A stretch of 64,000 bases of DNA from Bacteroidales bacterium (GCA_028689615.1 JAQVCV010000002.1:20092-84091); one strand, 5' to 3'; positions 29,776 to 40,441 are shown, numbered from the stretch's first letter. Notes: generated from the letters alone by a model not told the origin. Numbers and translations are program-made.

Positions 29776-30591
29776 CTAGAATTCGATAAAGCTTCTCAGT
29801 TGCCGCATAAATTCGGAAAGCTGATCAACATGCAATGCGTGACCGGCTCCCTCAACTACAACCAATTTAGCATGAGGTATTTCGGCAGCTAAACCTGTGG
29901 CACATTTTGAATCAAATACCAGATCGTGACTCCCTGCCATAACAAGCACCGGTATGTGAATTGCTGCCAGATCGCCAGCCATGAAAGCTCCGATACACTC
30001 TATCTGCCTGCGAAAAGCCGCTCTCGACGGATTGTAGGAATACGATACAGAAAGATCAACGGCAGCCTCCACCACCGACGATTTCTCGAAGAATGACGGG
30101 TGGAAAAGCCAAAAAAAGAGGTTGAGAAACCATGAACTGCTCCCACCCGACTCATCATAAAGATTTGCAAAAGTTCCAAACAAGAATTTGTTTCGTGCGG
30201 ATACTGAAGCCGATGTAGCTTCTAAAACGAGTTTCTTCACCAGACTGGGGTAACGCAGAGCCAGCGTCATGGCGATGAAACCACCCATGGAGTGACCAAC
30301 CACTATAGCCTCTTCAACCTGAAGATGACGCAACAAGGCCGCCGCATCGTCGGCCATTTGTTCAATTGAAATATCAGGCAATTCGGGCTGTGTGCGACCA
30401 CAGCAACGGTTATCGAAAGCAACAACGCGATAGCTTTTCGATAGTTGATTCATAACTGTCAGCCAACTTTGTGAATCAGAGGCAAGTCCGCCAATCAACA
30501 AAACAACCGGCCCGGTTCCTTTTTCCTCGTAGTAGAGTTGAATACCATTTAATGCAACGAATGACATTGGTTTTTTCGGCAATGATAACAA
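29776..30591 (-). CDS. alpha/beta-fold hydrolase
   Basis: Nucleophile elbow GHSMGG. HGxxxH-type C-terminal region (AGHALHVDQ). Confidence 0.8.
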   Translation of the reverse strand: MLSLPKKPMSFVALNGIQLYYEEKGTGPVVLLIGGLASDSQSWLTVMNQLSKSYRVVAFDNRCCGRTQPELPDISIEQMADDAAALLRHLQVEEAIVVGHSMGGFIAMTLALRYPSLVKKLVLEATSASVSARNKFLFGTFANLYDESGGSSSWFLNLFFWLFHPSFFEKSSVVEAAVDLSVSYSYNPSRAAFRRQIECIGAFMAGDLAAIHIPVLVMAGSHDLVFDSKCATGLAAEIPHAKLVVVEGAGHALHVDQLSEFMRQLRSFIEF

Positions 30592-30782
30592 AATCGGGGC
30601 GTTTAAGCAAAAAACGCTTTACCTGCAAAAGAAATTACAGACCATCAAGCCCGTTAAAACAAAAAAACAACAAGCTGCAACCTCCAAAACAACGAGAACT
30701 AACCTCCTCAAAAACAACCATACTACTGCATCAAAAGAGTTTTTACCAGCAATTGACGGAATTGCTTAAATTTGCGATCCAC

Positions 30783-31196
30783 TTACAGAAAATGGCATCA
30801 CTCCCCGAATTCATCACCCGCGAACTGGTTCTCAAGTTTTTAAAATTTGGGATGGTTGGATTTTCCGGATTGGTGGTTGACTTTGGGATTACCTGGTTGT
30901 TCAAGGAAAAAATCAAGATAGAGCGATTCATAGCCAATGCCATCGGGTTTTCTGTAGCTGCCACTTCCAACTATTTTCTCAACAGAATCTGGACCTACGA
31001 AAGCCACAACCCCAAGGTGATGGTTGAATTCACTCAATTTTTCATAATTGCCATGATGGGACTGGTTATCAACACCATAATAATATGGCTGCTCGACCGG
31101 AAGTTTTCGTTTAACTTTTATCTGGCCAAACTCATCGCCATAGGGGTTGTTACCCTGTGGAATTTCATGGCAAATACCTACATTACATTTGCATAA
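30783..31196 (+). CDS. GtrA-family membrane protein
   Basis: ATG at 30783. About 137 aa with four TM segments and the GtrA-like motifs (KFGMVGFSGLVVDFGITWL...NRIWTYE). Confidence 0.7.
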   Translation, partial: LQKMASLPEFITRELVLKFLKFGMVGFSGLVVDFGITWLFKEKIKIERFIANAIGFSVAATSNYFLNRIWTYESHNPKVMVEFTQFFIIAMMGLVINTIIIWLLDRKFSFNFYLAKLIAIGVVTLWNFMANTYITFA

Positions 31197-31230
31197 AACC
31201 AGGGTTGCCCTTGCGGGCAACCCTGGTTTG
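31195..31230. terminator. bidirectional rho-independent terminator between convergent GtrA and flotillin genes
   Basis: Perfect 12-bp stem ccagggttgccc/gggcaaccctgg flanked by aaaa and ttt. Confidence 0.75.
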
Positions 31231-31247
31231 ATCTCAACAAGAATCAC

Positions 31248-32753
31248 TTATTCAACAGGTTTCTTATCAGACGGTTCGTTTTCTGAAGCCTCGTCTCCTT
31301 TCAGATAGGATGGAAGGTTCAGTCCGGCCATGTTGAAAAGGTCGTTCAAAGGAGGAACGGTTTTCATCAAATTAGAAACAAAATGGGATGTGCTTGAAGT
31401 TCCGTTTTCTGAGCCAGAGTCCCAAACTGTAATTTTATCAATTTTGATGTTTTTAACTGCCTCTACCTGAGTACGAACCAATTCGGGAAGTTTTTCAATC
31501 AATAAAAGTTGGAAGGCTTTGGAAGGATCGCCGCCGGCTGCACTCACCACTTCACGGTAACCTTCGGCTTGTTTGGTTAAGATTTCGTACAAGCCTCTGG
31601 CTTCTGCATCCATTTTTGCAAAAATAGCATCGGCCTCACCTTGGGCATTTACCCTGATGCGTTCGGCATCGGCTTGTGCTTCGATAATAAGTTTATCCTT
31701 AGCAATTTCGGCAGGAACCACAACGTTTGCAACCTGCGTTGCCCTTTCGCGTGCAGAGCGTGCCGATTCAGCTTTTTGCTCTGCCTGGTAGGCCTCTTCC
31801 AAAGCCTTAGCCTGTTGAACTTTCTCGGCCGAGATGGCTATGCGCAAAGCTTCAGCCTCTTTTTCACGTCGCTGCGCATCAGAATTTGCGATATCAATTT
31901 TTGCTTCGTTTTCACCTCTCACAGCAACAGCATTGGCTTCCGATGTTTTAATACGGGTATCACGCTGGGCCTCAGCTCTTCCGATGGCTTCGTCTTTTGC
32001 AGCCACGGCAATGCTAACCTCTTTATCCTTGTTGGTAATAGCAATCTTAACGTCACGATCGCGATGTGTTTCAGCAATTTGAACATCGCGTTCCCGATCG
32101 GCTAAAGCCTTTCCTGTTTCTCCGATTTTCTCTTGCTCTGCAACGCTGATTTTGGCTTCGTTGATAGCTTTCGCAGCAGCCTCCTTACCCAATGCCTCTA
32201 TATAACCCGATTCGTCACGAATATCGGTAACGTTGACATTGATAAGTTTCAGACCAATTTTCTTTAATTCGGTATCAACATTTTTCGATATGTTATCGAG
32301 GAATTTATCGCGATCGGAGTTGATCTCTTCGATGGTCATTGTAGCAATCACCAAGCGCAACTGGCCGAAAAGAATGTCTTTGGACAACTCCTGAATTTGT
32401 TCGGGCGACAACCCAAGCAACCTCTCGGCGGCGTTGTTCATGTTATCGGCTTCGGTAGAAATGGCAATAGTGAATCGGCAAGGGACATCAACCCTGATAT
32501 TTTGCCGGCTCAAAGCATTGGTCAAATTGGCTTCGATGCTTATGGGCTTGAGATCCAGATAGGCATAATCCTGAATGACAGGCCATATAAAAGCACCTCC
32601 TCCATGAATACACCGGGCTGAGGTGCCGCCGGTTTTGCCATAAACAACCAATATTTTATCGGAAGGGCAGCGCTTGAAGCGCGAGAGCAGCGTTATAACT
32701 GTTACAAAAACAACAATTGCTGCTACAACAACAATGATAAACGGATCAATCAT
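31248..32753 (-). CDS. flotillin-family SPFH/band-7 protein
   Basis: N-terminal TM. SPFH domain. Long Ala/Glu/Lys-rich coiled-coil 'flotillin' region (EAQRDTRIKTSEANAVAVRGENEAKIDIANSDAQRREKEAE...). Confidence 0.85.
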   Translation of the reverse strand: MIDPFIIVVVAAIVVFVTVITLLSRFKRCPSDKILVVYGKTGGTSARCIHGGGAFIWPVIQDYAYLDLKPISIEANLTNALSRQNIRVDVPCRFTIAISTEADNMNNAAERLLGLSPEQIQELSKDILFGQLRLVIATMTIEEINSDRDKFLDNISKNVDTELKKIGLKLINVNVTDIRDESGYIEALGKEAAAKAINEAKISVAEQEKIGETGKALADRERDVQIAETHRDRDVKIAITNKDKEVSIAVAAKDEAIGRAEAQRDTRIKTSEANAVAVRGENEAKIDIANSDAQRREKEAEALRIAISAEKVQQAKALEEAYQAEQKAESARSARERATQVANVVVPAEIAKDKLIIEAQADAERIRVNAQGEADAIFAKMDAEARGLYEILTKQAEGYREVVSAAGGDPSKAFQLLLIEKLPELVRTQVEAVKNIKIDKITVWDSGSENGTSSTSHFVSNLMKTVPPLNDLFNMAGLNLPSYLKGDEASENEPSDKKPVE

Positions 32754-32771
32754 ATTGAATAATTTTGGAAA

Positions 32772-33341
32772 TTAAATTTTCTCGACAACCAGTATTTCGT
32801 CTGATTCCATACCTTTAACCTTTACCAGACTGCCTGACGGTATGGCCTCACCTCGTGAAACAGCCGACAACTCGTGCATACTTCCTTTGATGCTTACCAA
32901 CACTTTGCCCATTCCACCCCCCGAGGCCGGAATCATTAAGTACACTTCTGCTGTTTTTCCAACCGCCTCGGCTGCCCTGGTGGTGTTGTTTTCGTTGAGG
33001 CGGTTCATCTGTTTCATCACATAGAAAAAAATGACGATCAACGCGATACCTGCAAGCAACGAAAGCACCACAACGATGCTCTTTTGCGGGAACAGGCCAT
33101 AAAATGAAATACCACCCCAGCCAAATCCCAGCAAGAAATTGATGAGATTACGAAACGAAAAAAGCTGAAACGGCACTCCAGCGTCGCCATCGAGATTGCT
33201 GTCAAAGTCAGCAACAGCCCCGTCGGAATTGTCCATTCCCACAAAAGTGACGATGGTTTGAATAACAAAGATAACACTGGCAGGCAAAGCCACATACCAG
33301 AACATTTTGAGCAGCGGATCGAGTTGTGATAGAAATTCCAT
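32772..33341 (-). CDS. NfeD-like (YqiJ-type) membrane protein with C-terminal OB-fold, partner of flotillin
   Basis: Multiple TM helices followed by a beta-rich C-terminus (VYLMIPASGGGMGKVLVSIKGSMHELSAVSRGEAIPSGSLVKVKGMESDEILVVE) characteristic of the NfeD OB-fold. Gene is immediately upstream of flotillin, as in yqiJK. Confidence 0.55.
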   Translation of the reverse strand: MEFLSQLDPLLKMFWYVALPASVIFVIQTIVTFVGMDNSDGAVADFDSNLDGDAGVPFQLFSFRNLINFLLGFGWGGISFYGLFPQKSIVVVLSLLAGIALIVIFFYVMKQMNRLNENNTTRAAEAVGKTAEVYLMIPASGGGMGKVLVSIKGSMHELSAVSRGEAIPSGSLVKVKGMESDEILVVEKI

Positions 33342-33430
33342 GACTTACAGTTTTTTAACTAACAAAAGGATGCACAGGATTGATTCTTGATCCCGGTATC
33401 CAAAGATAGTGTTTTTTAATGCAATAAATA

Positions 33431-33462
33431 AAAAACGGGGAACGTAACAACACTCCCCGTTT
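33431..33462 (-). terminator. rho-independent terminator downstream of the thioredoxin-like gene
   Basis: On the minus strand: acggggagtgttgttacgttccccgt followed by TTTTTT. Confidence 0.6.
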
Positions 33463-33485
33463 CCGATTCCTTGGTATGAACAATC

Positions 33486-34583
33486 TTATTTTATGACCTC
33501 TGCCAGTTTCTTTTTCAACTCATCGCCACGAAGATTCTTGGCAATAATAACGCCGTCAGGACCAATCAAAACCGAATGAGGAATGCTGTTAACACCATAG
33601 AGTTTTGCAGGTGCACACCCCCATCCCTTGAGATCGGAAATATGGAGCCAACCCATCGAGTCGTCTTGAATTGCTTTCATCCATTTGCCTTTATCATTAT
33701 CGAGCGAAACACCCAATATTTCAAGCCCTTTAGGATTGAACTCGGCATAGGCTGCAACCAGATTTGGATTTTCGGCGCGACAAGGGCCACACCATGAAGC
33801 CCAGAAATCTATCAACACATACTTACCCTTAAGAGATTCAAGGCTAAGCGGATTACCAAGTGTATCGTTGAGTGAAAAATTCGGAGCCACTTTCCCAATA
33901 GCCACGTTGCGAAGAATATCGGCTCTTTCCTTCAACTTCTTCACGTAAATATTTTCGGCAATTGAAGGATCGAAAATAGCTATAATGGAGTCGAGCTGCA
34001 CATCGGACAGATCGTAGATAAGTTCACGACGAACCAGGTAGGGAGCCACTGCAGAGCCTTTATTCTCAGAAATAAAAGACTTTACTTTCGCTTTATTCTC
34101 TTTATCAGCTTTTTCATATGCATCGTAAACCTCTTTCTGTTTAACCGAATCACCAGCAGCTTCGGCTGCTGCATATTCCTGATAGAGAGAGGCTGAAAGT
34201 TTTTCAAAATCCCGTTTACCAGCAAGGTATTGGTTGTAAACATCCTGAGTAGGACCTCCCTTAATGGTGGCATTCTTTAGACTATCAAGTTTACCAATAA
34301 CCTGAATTTCTGCATTCTCAAGAAACAAAGTAAGGGTTCCTGCTGCTTTGGTGAAAGTGATATAGACCAACTCAGGATCAGCCTTTGATCCGGTAAACAC
34401 AAACTTACCACCCACAACATCCACTGTATCAACAGGAACAAGTGCTGTATCGGTGGCCACCTGCATCACAGCTTTACCGTCGGTAAGCCCGTCGATTGTG
34501 GCTGTGAGATTGTATTTCCCTGATTTACCACAAGAGGCTACCACGATGACCAATACAATTAGATAACTGATTTTACGCAACAT
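33486..34583 (-). CDS. TlpA/ResA-like thiol-disulfide oxidoreductase lipoprotein (N-terminal DUF4369-like domain plus thioredoxin fold)
   Basis: Lipobox (VVASC). Thioredoxin active site WASWCGPCRAE. C-terminal region typical of periplasmic redoxins. Confidence 0.8.
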   Translation of the reverse strand: MLRKISYLIVLVIVVASCGKSGKYNLTATIDGLTDGKAVMQVATDTALVPVDTVDVVGGKFVFTGSKADPELVYITFTKAAGTLTLFLENAEIQVIGKLDSLKNATIKGGPTQDVYNQYLAGKRDFEKLSASLYQEYAAAEAAGDSVKQKEVYDAYEKADKENKAKVKSFISENKGSAVAPYLVRRELIYDLSDVQLDSIIAIFDPSIAENIYVKKLKERADILRNVAIGKVAPNFSLNDTLGNPLSLESLKGKYVLIDFWASWCGPCRAENPNLVAAYAEFNPKGLEILGVSLDNDKGKWMKAIQDDSMGWLHISDLKGWGCAPAKLYGVNSIPHSVLIGPDGVIIAKNLRGDELKKKLAEVIK

Positions 34584-34830
34584 ATTAACTTAATTTAATG
34601 AATAGATAGTTGATGAATTTTGTGCAAAGAAACAATAATTTCTGAAATCATTGGATTGAATTTACAGAGAGTTAAACAGAACGACGAGGGTTGTAAAAGC
34701 AAGCTTCACCTCTATAAACCTAAAAAATTAAGCTGAAAAAACCGCTGTAGTGGATGGTGATAAGCTCCAATGAAAATCCAGTAGGAAACCATACTTCTTA
34801 GGGTTATTTTAAAAACTCATCTGCATACGT

Positions 34831-35469
34831 TCAGAGCCCCTGTTTCTCTTCTTCCCCAAAAAAAGGGTCTTCCTCGTCATCCCATTGGTATTCTACCCGC
34901 TGCGGCCCCTCACCCCGAAACCAAACAGCAGCTATCAAGCCTGACACAATGCCAGAAAGGTGCGACTCCCAGGAAATATTTTGTCCGGGAAAAAATTGTG
35001 GAAAGATCCCCCAAACCATTCCTCCGTATAAAAATGTAATAAGCAACGACACAGCCATGAGCCCGGGATTTCTCCTAATCAGACCGCTAACAAAATGAAA
35101 TGTAGCAAGAGCATACACCACACCGCTGGCACCAATATGCACCGATTGCCTTGCCATCAACCAAACCAAAACACCAGTAAACAACCAACTCAAGACCAAT
35201 ACCGTGCTGGCTGCCTCACGATAAAAGTAGTAGAGCATGGCTGCCAAAAAAAGAAAAGGAACTGAATTAGACGCCAAATGAGAGAAATCGGAGTGTAGAA
35301 AAGGGGCGGCAAAAACGCCAACCAAACCTCTGGTTGTGAGCGGACTAATTCCGTAGGAGTAAAACGCTGCATGAAACTGCCATTCGATCAGTTTAACCAA
35401 CCACATAACAATCAGCAAAATCAGTGGAATGGTAAGGCTACGCAGTATTTTTCTTTTTTCTGCCTCCAT
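34831..35469 (-). CDS. rhomboid-family intramembrane serine protease
   Basis: Six TM helices. GxSG catalytic serine motif (HIGASGVVYAL). Conserved His in the last helix region (SHLSGIVSG). Confidence 0.8.
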   Translation of the reverse strand: MEAEKRKILRSLTIPLILLIVMWLVKLIEWQFHAAFYSYGISPLTTRGLVGVFAAPFLHSDFSHLASNSVPFLFLAAMLYYFYREAASTVLVLSWLFTGVLVWLMARQSVHIGASGVVYALATFHFVSGLIRRNPGLMAVSLLITFLYGGMVWGIFPQFFPGQNISWESHLSGIVSGLIAAVWFRGEGPQRVEYQWDDEEDPFFGEEEKQGL

Positions 35470-35488
35470 AATTCATGCTTCGGCACCA

Positions 35489-36931
35489 TTATTTTTTTTG
35501 CACGATCAGACGGTCGTACAAGAACAATGCCGCGAAGGTTACCACTCCAATACCTGTGAAAACAATCCAGATATTGCCCGGAAGATACGTATCCCAAAGA
35601 TATTGGCTAAGCTGCTGCTGATTCAGATGAAGAGCTGTTGCTGCCTCGTCGTAATACATGGTCTGTGTGAAATCGGCTGTCACTTGAGGAAGTTGCAGGC
35701 CACGTGAATCGAGTTCGAGTTGCAAAAGCGACATTTTGTCCGACATCGATTGATAGAGGCTCCCCGACAGGAAACCAGCAGCAAGGTTTCCCAATGCAAG
35801 AGGTATGTAGCTGCAACCCATATAGAGAGCAACCTTCCCTTCGGGGGCTATACGACCGATGTATTCACTCACCTTGGGTGAAGTTGTCATTTCGCCCAGG
35901 CCGAAGATCAGAATGCTGGCAAACAGATAAAAGGGGTTGTTGAAAGCGAACATCAACCCAATTCCAAGAGATGCAATCAAGATTCCCGACATCATGGTAT
36001 TCAACGGCTTGAACCGCATTACGAACCCAGAAACCATCACCTGGAACATCACTATAAAAAACGCGTCCATATTGGTGAGCATTTCGGGATTGATAAACCC
36101 ATCGGAGGTTCCAACGGCCTGTGCCAGAGTCGGACAAAAGTCACTTATCCAATTATAAATCAACGATGTATCCATCCATTGTTCAATAAAAACCGGCAAA
36201 CTGTAAAACAACTGAAGATACATAGACCAAAAACCAGCGATAATGACCAGAAAAAGCGTGAACTTCAAATCAACTACAACATGGAACACATTGCTCAGGA
36301 TGGTTTTTATCTCAGCAAACAGCGGCTCTGATTTGCGCATCGTAGCAGGTTCTTTGTAAAAGAATAGCATCAGTAGATTCAGGCCTATGATGAAGGTAGA
36401 AACATAAAACACATAATCCCAATCATACCCACGCAATTTGCTGGCAAACAACGGCCCGATAAAAGCACCAATATTCACTATCATATAAAAAATACCAAAA
36501 CCCAAACCTGAAGTCCGATCGTTGGTAGTTCGGGCGATGGTGGCACTTATAACGGGTTTGAACAACGATCCACCCACCGCTATGAGGACAAAAACCATAT
36601 AAACTGACCAATACGACTCGAACCTGCTCATGAGGAAATAGCCTGAGGCCAGGATCAGATAGGCCAATGCTAAAACTTTTCTGTAACCAAGCCTGTCGGC
36701 CAAAGCGCCGGTGAAAATGGGCAACAGATACAACATAAAGGTTACCGTACCCATCATTTGACCTTTTTGCGACTGACTGAACCCCAATGCCCCCTGATCG
36801 ACAGGGAGGGTTAAGTAGAGGGCCAGTACCATAAACATTCCGTACCATGCCCAACGCTCGAAAAGTTCCATAACATTGGCAATCCAAAAAGTGCGTGGAA
36901 ATTGCCGGATTACTGATTTAAGATTGGTCAT
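35489..36931 (-). CDS. POT/PTR2-family proton-dependent di/tripeptide MFS transporter
   Basis: PTR2 signatures ELFERWAWYGM (ExxERFxYYG) and GALADRLGYRKV. About 12 predicted TM helices. Length 480 aa. Confidence 0.8.
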   Translation of the reverse strand: MTNLKSVIRQFPRTFWIANVMELFERWAWYGMFMVLALYLTLPVDQGALGFSQSQKGQMMGTVTFMLYLLPIFTGALADRLGYRKVLALAYLILASGYFLMSRFESYWSVYMVFVLIAVGGSLFKPVISATIARTTNDRTSGLGFGIFYMIVNIGAFIGPLFASKLRGYDWDYVFYVSTFIIGLNLLMLFFYKEPATMRKSEPLFAEIKTILSNVFHVVVDLKFTLFLVIIAGFWSMYLQLFYSLPVFIEQWMDTSLIYNWISDFCPTLAQAVGTSDGFINPEMLTNMDAFFIVMFQVMVSGFVMRFKPLNTMMSGILIASLGIGLMFAFNNPFYLFASILIFGLGEMTTSPKVSEYIGRIAPEGKVALYMGCSYIPLALGNLAAGFLSGSLYQSMSDKMSLLQLELDSRGLQLPQVTADFTQTMYYDEAATALHLNQQQLSQYLWDTYLPGNIWIVFTGIGVVTFAALFLYDRLIVQKK

Positions 36932-37000
36932 AACAGCTAAAAAAAAACCGCCGGATAGCGGATGTATCAGACGGTATTAACAATTAAAATATCATATTAT

Positions 37001-37408
37001 TTACTGAAGCGAATACTCAACAGCAACCCTGTTGGTATCGCAGGTAATCGGCGTTGGACAGGTATCGACCATGGTAACTTTCAATGAGTCGTTCACATAG
37101 ATGGCCACAGAAAAATAAGCACTGTCGCGAACAGTAAATGCTTCAAGAAAAAGCCTGTCGAAAGTAGTACCTGTAAACTCGTAACTCCATTCCTGAATGG
37201 TATCGAAATACTCCGATACATGATTTGAATAGCGCGGGTTCATGTAGGTGATAAAGAAATTGGATTTGCTATTCATATAACTTTTCACCAAATACTTAAC
37301 ACGATAAACCTGGGTTGGACGATTCACATCCTCTTTGTCGCACGACCAAACAATTACCCCAAGTGAGACGATCAATGCTAATACAACGAATTGATATATT
37401 TTTTTCAT
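37001..37408 (-). CDS. hypothetical small lipoprotein
   Basis: Signal peptide plus lipobox (IVWSC). Length 135 aa. Confidence 0.45.
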   Translation of the reverse strand: MKKIYQFVVLALIVSLGVIVWSCDKEDVNRPTQVYRVKYLVKSYMNSKSNFFITYMNPRYSNHVSEYFDTIQEWSYEFTGTTFDRLFLEAFTVRDSAYFSVAIYVNDSLKVTMVDTCPTPITCDTNRVAVEYSLQ

Positions 37409-37520
37409 TTCCCAAAGAATTTAACTGAACGTTTACAAACTTACATCATTTTTTTATTCCGGCAACCTTGATTCAAACAACCCATCTGCCTTTGGATTAC
37501 AGCAGCCTACCAAAACAACA

Positions 37521-38930
37521 CTATCTGATGGCCTTTTTCAAACCATAAAAAAACAGATAAGCCATTAAAAAAACCCCAAAAACAACAGCAACCCATTGTA
37601 TAACAGTTAATTTATTCCAAACACTCTGGTTTCGTACTGCTGGATTATCGTGAGAAACCGGATCAAACTTTAAAACCTCATGAAGTCGTTTGGAAATACT
37701 GTCGGGCAATTCAGGCAGCAAGAAATCAGTTTCGTTGGTTCGCATTTTTACCATTGTTTCAGAGTACTTTTCGGAATAAACCATCGCGCTGTCAAACTGC
37801 CGCAAGGCTGCCCATGCCAAACTAATTTGCTGATAATTGACAGCCAGTTCAGGCATAGCCCCCAACGGATCAACCAATTGAATACTTTGGTTGAAGTAAT
37901 CAAGAGCTTTATCAAGATATCCCTTTTGCAACAAGCTAACTCCCATAGCGGTAAGGGTACTTCCTATCTTTTTTCTGCTTTCCAGTTCCTCATAAACTCT
38001 AAGAGCTTGAACAAAATGCTCGTTGGCCTCCGTAAGTTTGTTGTTTTGCTGCGCCAAACGTCCCATATTCACATGACAATCAGCAACAACCTCCGGGCTT
38101 TCAATATCGTGCGCCAGTTCCAAACCCTTTTGATAATGACTAAAGGCCGCTTCTGCCTCACCTCTATTCCTATAAACATCACCCATATTTATGGTAATCA
38201 CTGCTTCAGAAAAAAGATCATGAGCAGAACAGGCTTTGGATAATGCCGACTGATACAACGCCAGGGCTTCGGCATACTTTTTTTGCTCCAGATAAAGCAA
38301 ACCAGTATTGACCATCGTATTAACAATCAGCTCATAATCACCTGTTTGATCAGCCAGATTTTGTGCCATGGCAAAATAACGAAGTGCTGGTTTGTATTCT
38401 CCCTTATAAAGGTAGGCAGTTGCCAGATTGTTGAGGGTATATCCCCTGCCAACGGTGTCGCATGAAACACTATCAGCACGAAGAGCAGCAAGATACAAAA
38501 CAATGGCTTTGGTAAGGTTACCCTGATCCTGTTCAACAAGAGCGAGGTTGTTGCATGCAGAGCTTATACCTCTTTGGTTTTTCTCATCTTCGTATAAGTA
38601 AAGCGCTTTAAGGAGATATCCCCGTGCATTATCAAAATTACCACTGTAATAGTCGGCTAAACCCAAACATTCGGTGGCAACTGCAAAATTGTGATGATCA
38701 TGAGCTGCTTCGGAAAGCGACAGTGCCTGCAATGCAACACTTCGGGCTTTTCCTACATCGGTGTATCTAAGCTCAAAAAAAGCATCGAGCAGAGTATCGA
38801 TACGGTTATCGGCGCGTGACCCGACGCCGTATTGACCCTGAGCAACCAAAAACCTGGTAGCCAAAACCATAGCAATCAAACAAAAGTTACGATATTTGAA
38901 AAGCATCATCGGGAAAGATCGGAGGTGCAA
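37521..38930 (-). CDS. tetratricopeptide-repeat protein with C-terminal transmembrane anchor
   Basis: At least eight TPR units (AxxYxxLGxxYxxxGxYxxAxxYyxkAL pattern). C-terminal TM (VIQWVAVVFGVFLMAYLFFYGL). Confidence 0.7.
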   Translation of the reverse strand: MHLRSFPMMLFKYRNFCLIAMVLATRFLVAQGQYGVGSRADNRIDTLLDAFFELRYTDVGKARSVALQALSLSEAAHDHHNFAVATECLGLADYYSGNFDNARGYLLKALYLYEDEKNQRGISSACNNLALVEQDQGNLTKAIVLYLAALRADSVSCDTVGRGYTLNNLATAYLYKGEYKPALRYFAMAQNLADQTGDYELIVNTMVNTGLLYLEQKKYAEALALYQSALSKACSAHDLFSEAVITINMGDVYRNRGEAEAAFSHYQKGLELAHDIESPEVVADCHVNMGRLAQQNNKLTEANEHFVQALRVYEELESRKKIGSTLTAMGVSLLQKGYLDKALDYFNQSIQLVDPLGAMPELAVNYQQISLAWAALRQFDSAMVYSEKYSETMVKMRTNETDFLLPELPDSISKRLHEVLKFDPVSHDNPAVRNQSVWNKLTVIQWVAVVFGVFLMAYLFFYGLKKAIR

Positions 38931-39844
38931 ATGTAAGGCTCAATTTTCAGATAGAGCTCATGATAAATCAATTTAACCGACAGCAAATCTGTTTTTTGGT
39001 CAAATCCATGTCGTTTTTCACGTTCGTTGCATATTGCCTTCACGATGTAATATTCGAAATAAGGGTGCCTGAGAATTTCTTTAAACGAGGCCTTGTTGAT
39101 GTTGATTTTCACAACCAGTGAAGTATCAACAACCACTCTGTTTCTAATCAACTGATAGCGTGCGCTGTCCATTCCATAAACTTCGAGCAATTGCTCCGAT
39201 TTAACAAAGCCACCCAGCCTCTGTCGGTACTTCAGGATTCGTCGGGCAAAAGCGGGTCCAATACCTTGAAGAGAGGTCAGAAGCGTGGAGTCGGCACCAT
39301 TGAGTTCAACTATCTGGTTTCTTTCACTCTTGGAAGCAGCCCATTTCGCTGTTTGCAAGGTATCAAATTGTTTGCGGGTATCCGGAATCCTGATATAGGG
39401 CTCTATTCGTGAATAGTCATCGGGCTTAAGTGCATACAGCCTGGCCAGATCTTCCTTTTTGAAAAATTTACCCCCCTTTGCCTGGTAATTGCGGATCGAC
39501 TTTATCTGCCTATCAGTCAACCCAAGCCTCTTCCATCCGGCATCATCCAATTCGTTAGGATTAAAAGGGAAAGGTTCGAAAACCGAAGCGTTTTTGGTTG
39601 TCTGGTCATTAAAAAAATTATGCTCAACAGAATTGGATTGAATCGAGTCGTCAACCTTTTCCAAAAAAGCCCTCACGTCGTTTAAGAAAGCCTTTTCGGC
39701 CGATTTCTGGTTAGCCGGCATTTTTTTTTCAACAGGCCACCACCAATCAAACGTCATAGCTATGAGAAGGAGCAACAAAAGAACGGCAATCCCACGCTGT
39801 TGCCTGCGATTAAAGGAAAAAAGCTGCTTGTAGTATGTCTTCAT
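38906..39844 (-). CDS. ComEA-like tandem helix-hairpin-helix DNA-binding protein (membrane anchored)
   Basis: N-terminal TM. Two HhH-containing modules (LLTSLQGIGPAFARRILKYRQRLGGF and INKASFKEILRHPYF). Overlaps the TPR gene by 25 nt. Confidence 0.55.
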   Translation of the reverse strand: MKTYYKQLFSFNRRQQRGIAVLLLLLLIAMTFDWWWPVEKKMPANQKSAEKAFLNDVRAFLEKVDDSIQSNSVEHNFFNDQTTKNASVFEPFPFNPNELDDAGWKRLGLTDRQIKSIRNYQAKGGKFFKKEDLARLYALKPDDYSRIEPYIRIPDTRKQFDTLQTAKWAASKSERNQIVELNGADSTLLTSLQGIGPAFARRILKYRQRLGGFVKSEQLLEVYGMDSARYQLIRNRVVVDTSLVVKININKASFKEILRHPYFEYYIVKAICNEREKRHGFDQKTDLLSVKLIYHELYLKIEPYICTSDLSR

Positions 39845-39982
39845 TCAGGTTGGTTTAATAATCAAAAACAGGAAAACCCAGCCTTTGAATCGTCTTTTTT
39901 AGCTGAAGTTAACCCTCCCAATTAACCAGATGGTGAAACTTTTCGGTGCGAGCTATGTTTAATCAAAATTCAATTCAAAAAT

Positions 39983-40441
39983 ATGAAAATCTTTTACACC
40001 TTTTTCATCACGACATTGTTGGTCGTAACAACTCTTCCGACGGCAAAGGGGCAAAGCAATGCCGATCAAATAGCCGGATATTGGCTCAATCAGGACGGCG
40101 ATGCCAAAATTGAAATAACCAGCCGTGGCGGCAAGTACTTCGGGAAGCTTGTCTGGTTGAAAACCCCGATCGATCCTGAAACAAAGAAGCCCAAACTTGA
40201 CAAACACAACCCTGAAGTATCGTTGCAAAAGCGCCCTCTAATGAATCTTGAGATTCTCACCAATTTCGCATTTGATGGTAAAGATGAATGGAATGGCGGT
40301 AAAATTTACGATCCAAAAACAGGCAAAACTTACGACTGCCTGATGAAGTTTGAATCATCGAATAAACTCAAAATCAGAGGATACATCGGAGTTTCGTGGA
40401 TAGGCAAAACAACGGTCTGGACACGTACCACCCAGCCTTGA
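39983..40441 (+). CDS. DUF2147-family secreted protein
   Basis: Signal peptide. Pattern IAGYWLNQDGDAKIEITSRGGKYFGKLVWLK...GKIYDPKTGKTYDC is characteristic of DUF2147. Confidence 0.55.
   Translation: MKIFYTFFITTLLVVTTLPTAKGQSNADQIAGYWLNQDGDAKIEITSRGGKYFGKLVWLKTPIDPETKKPKLDKHNPEVSLQKRPLMNLEILTNFAFDGKDEWNGGKIYDPKTGKTYDCLMKFESSNKLKIRGYIGVSWIGKTTVWTRTTQP

Noticed and set aside
31573-32105. Plus-strand ORFs (72, 154, 82 aa) inside the flotillin gene
   Set aside because: Antisense to the Ala/Glu-rich coiled-coil coding region. Ser/Ala/Phe-rich low-complexity artefacts.
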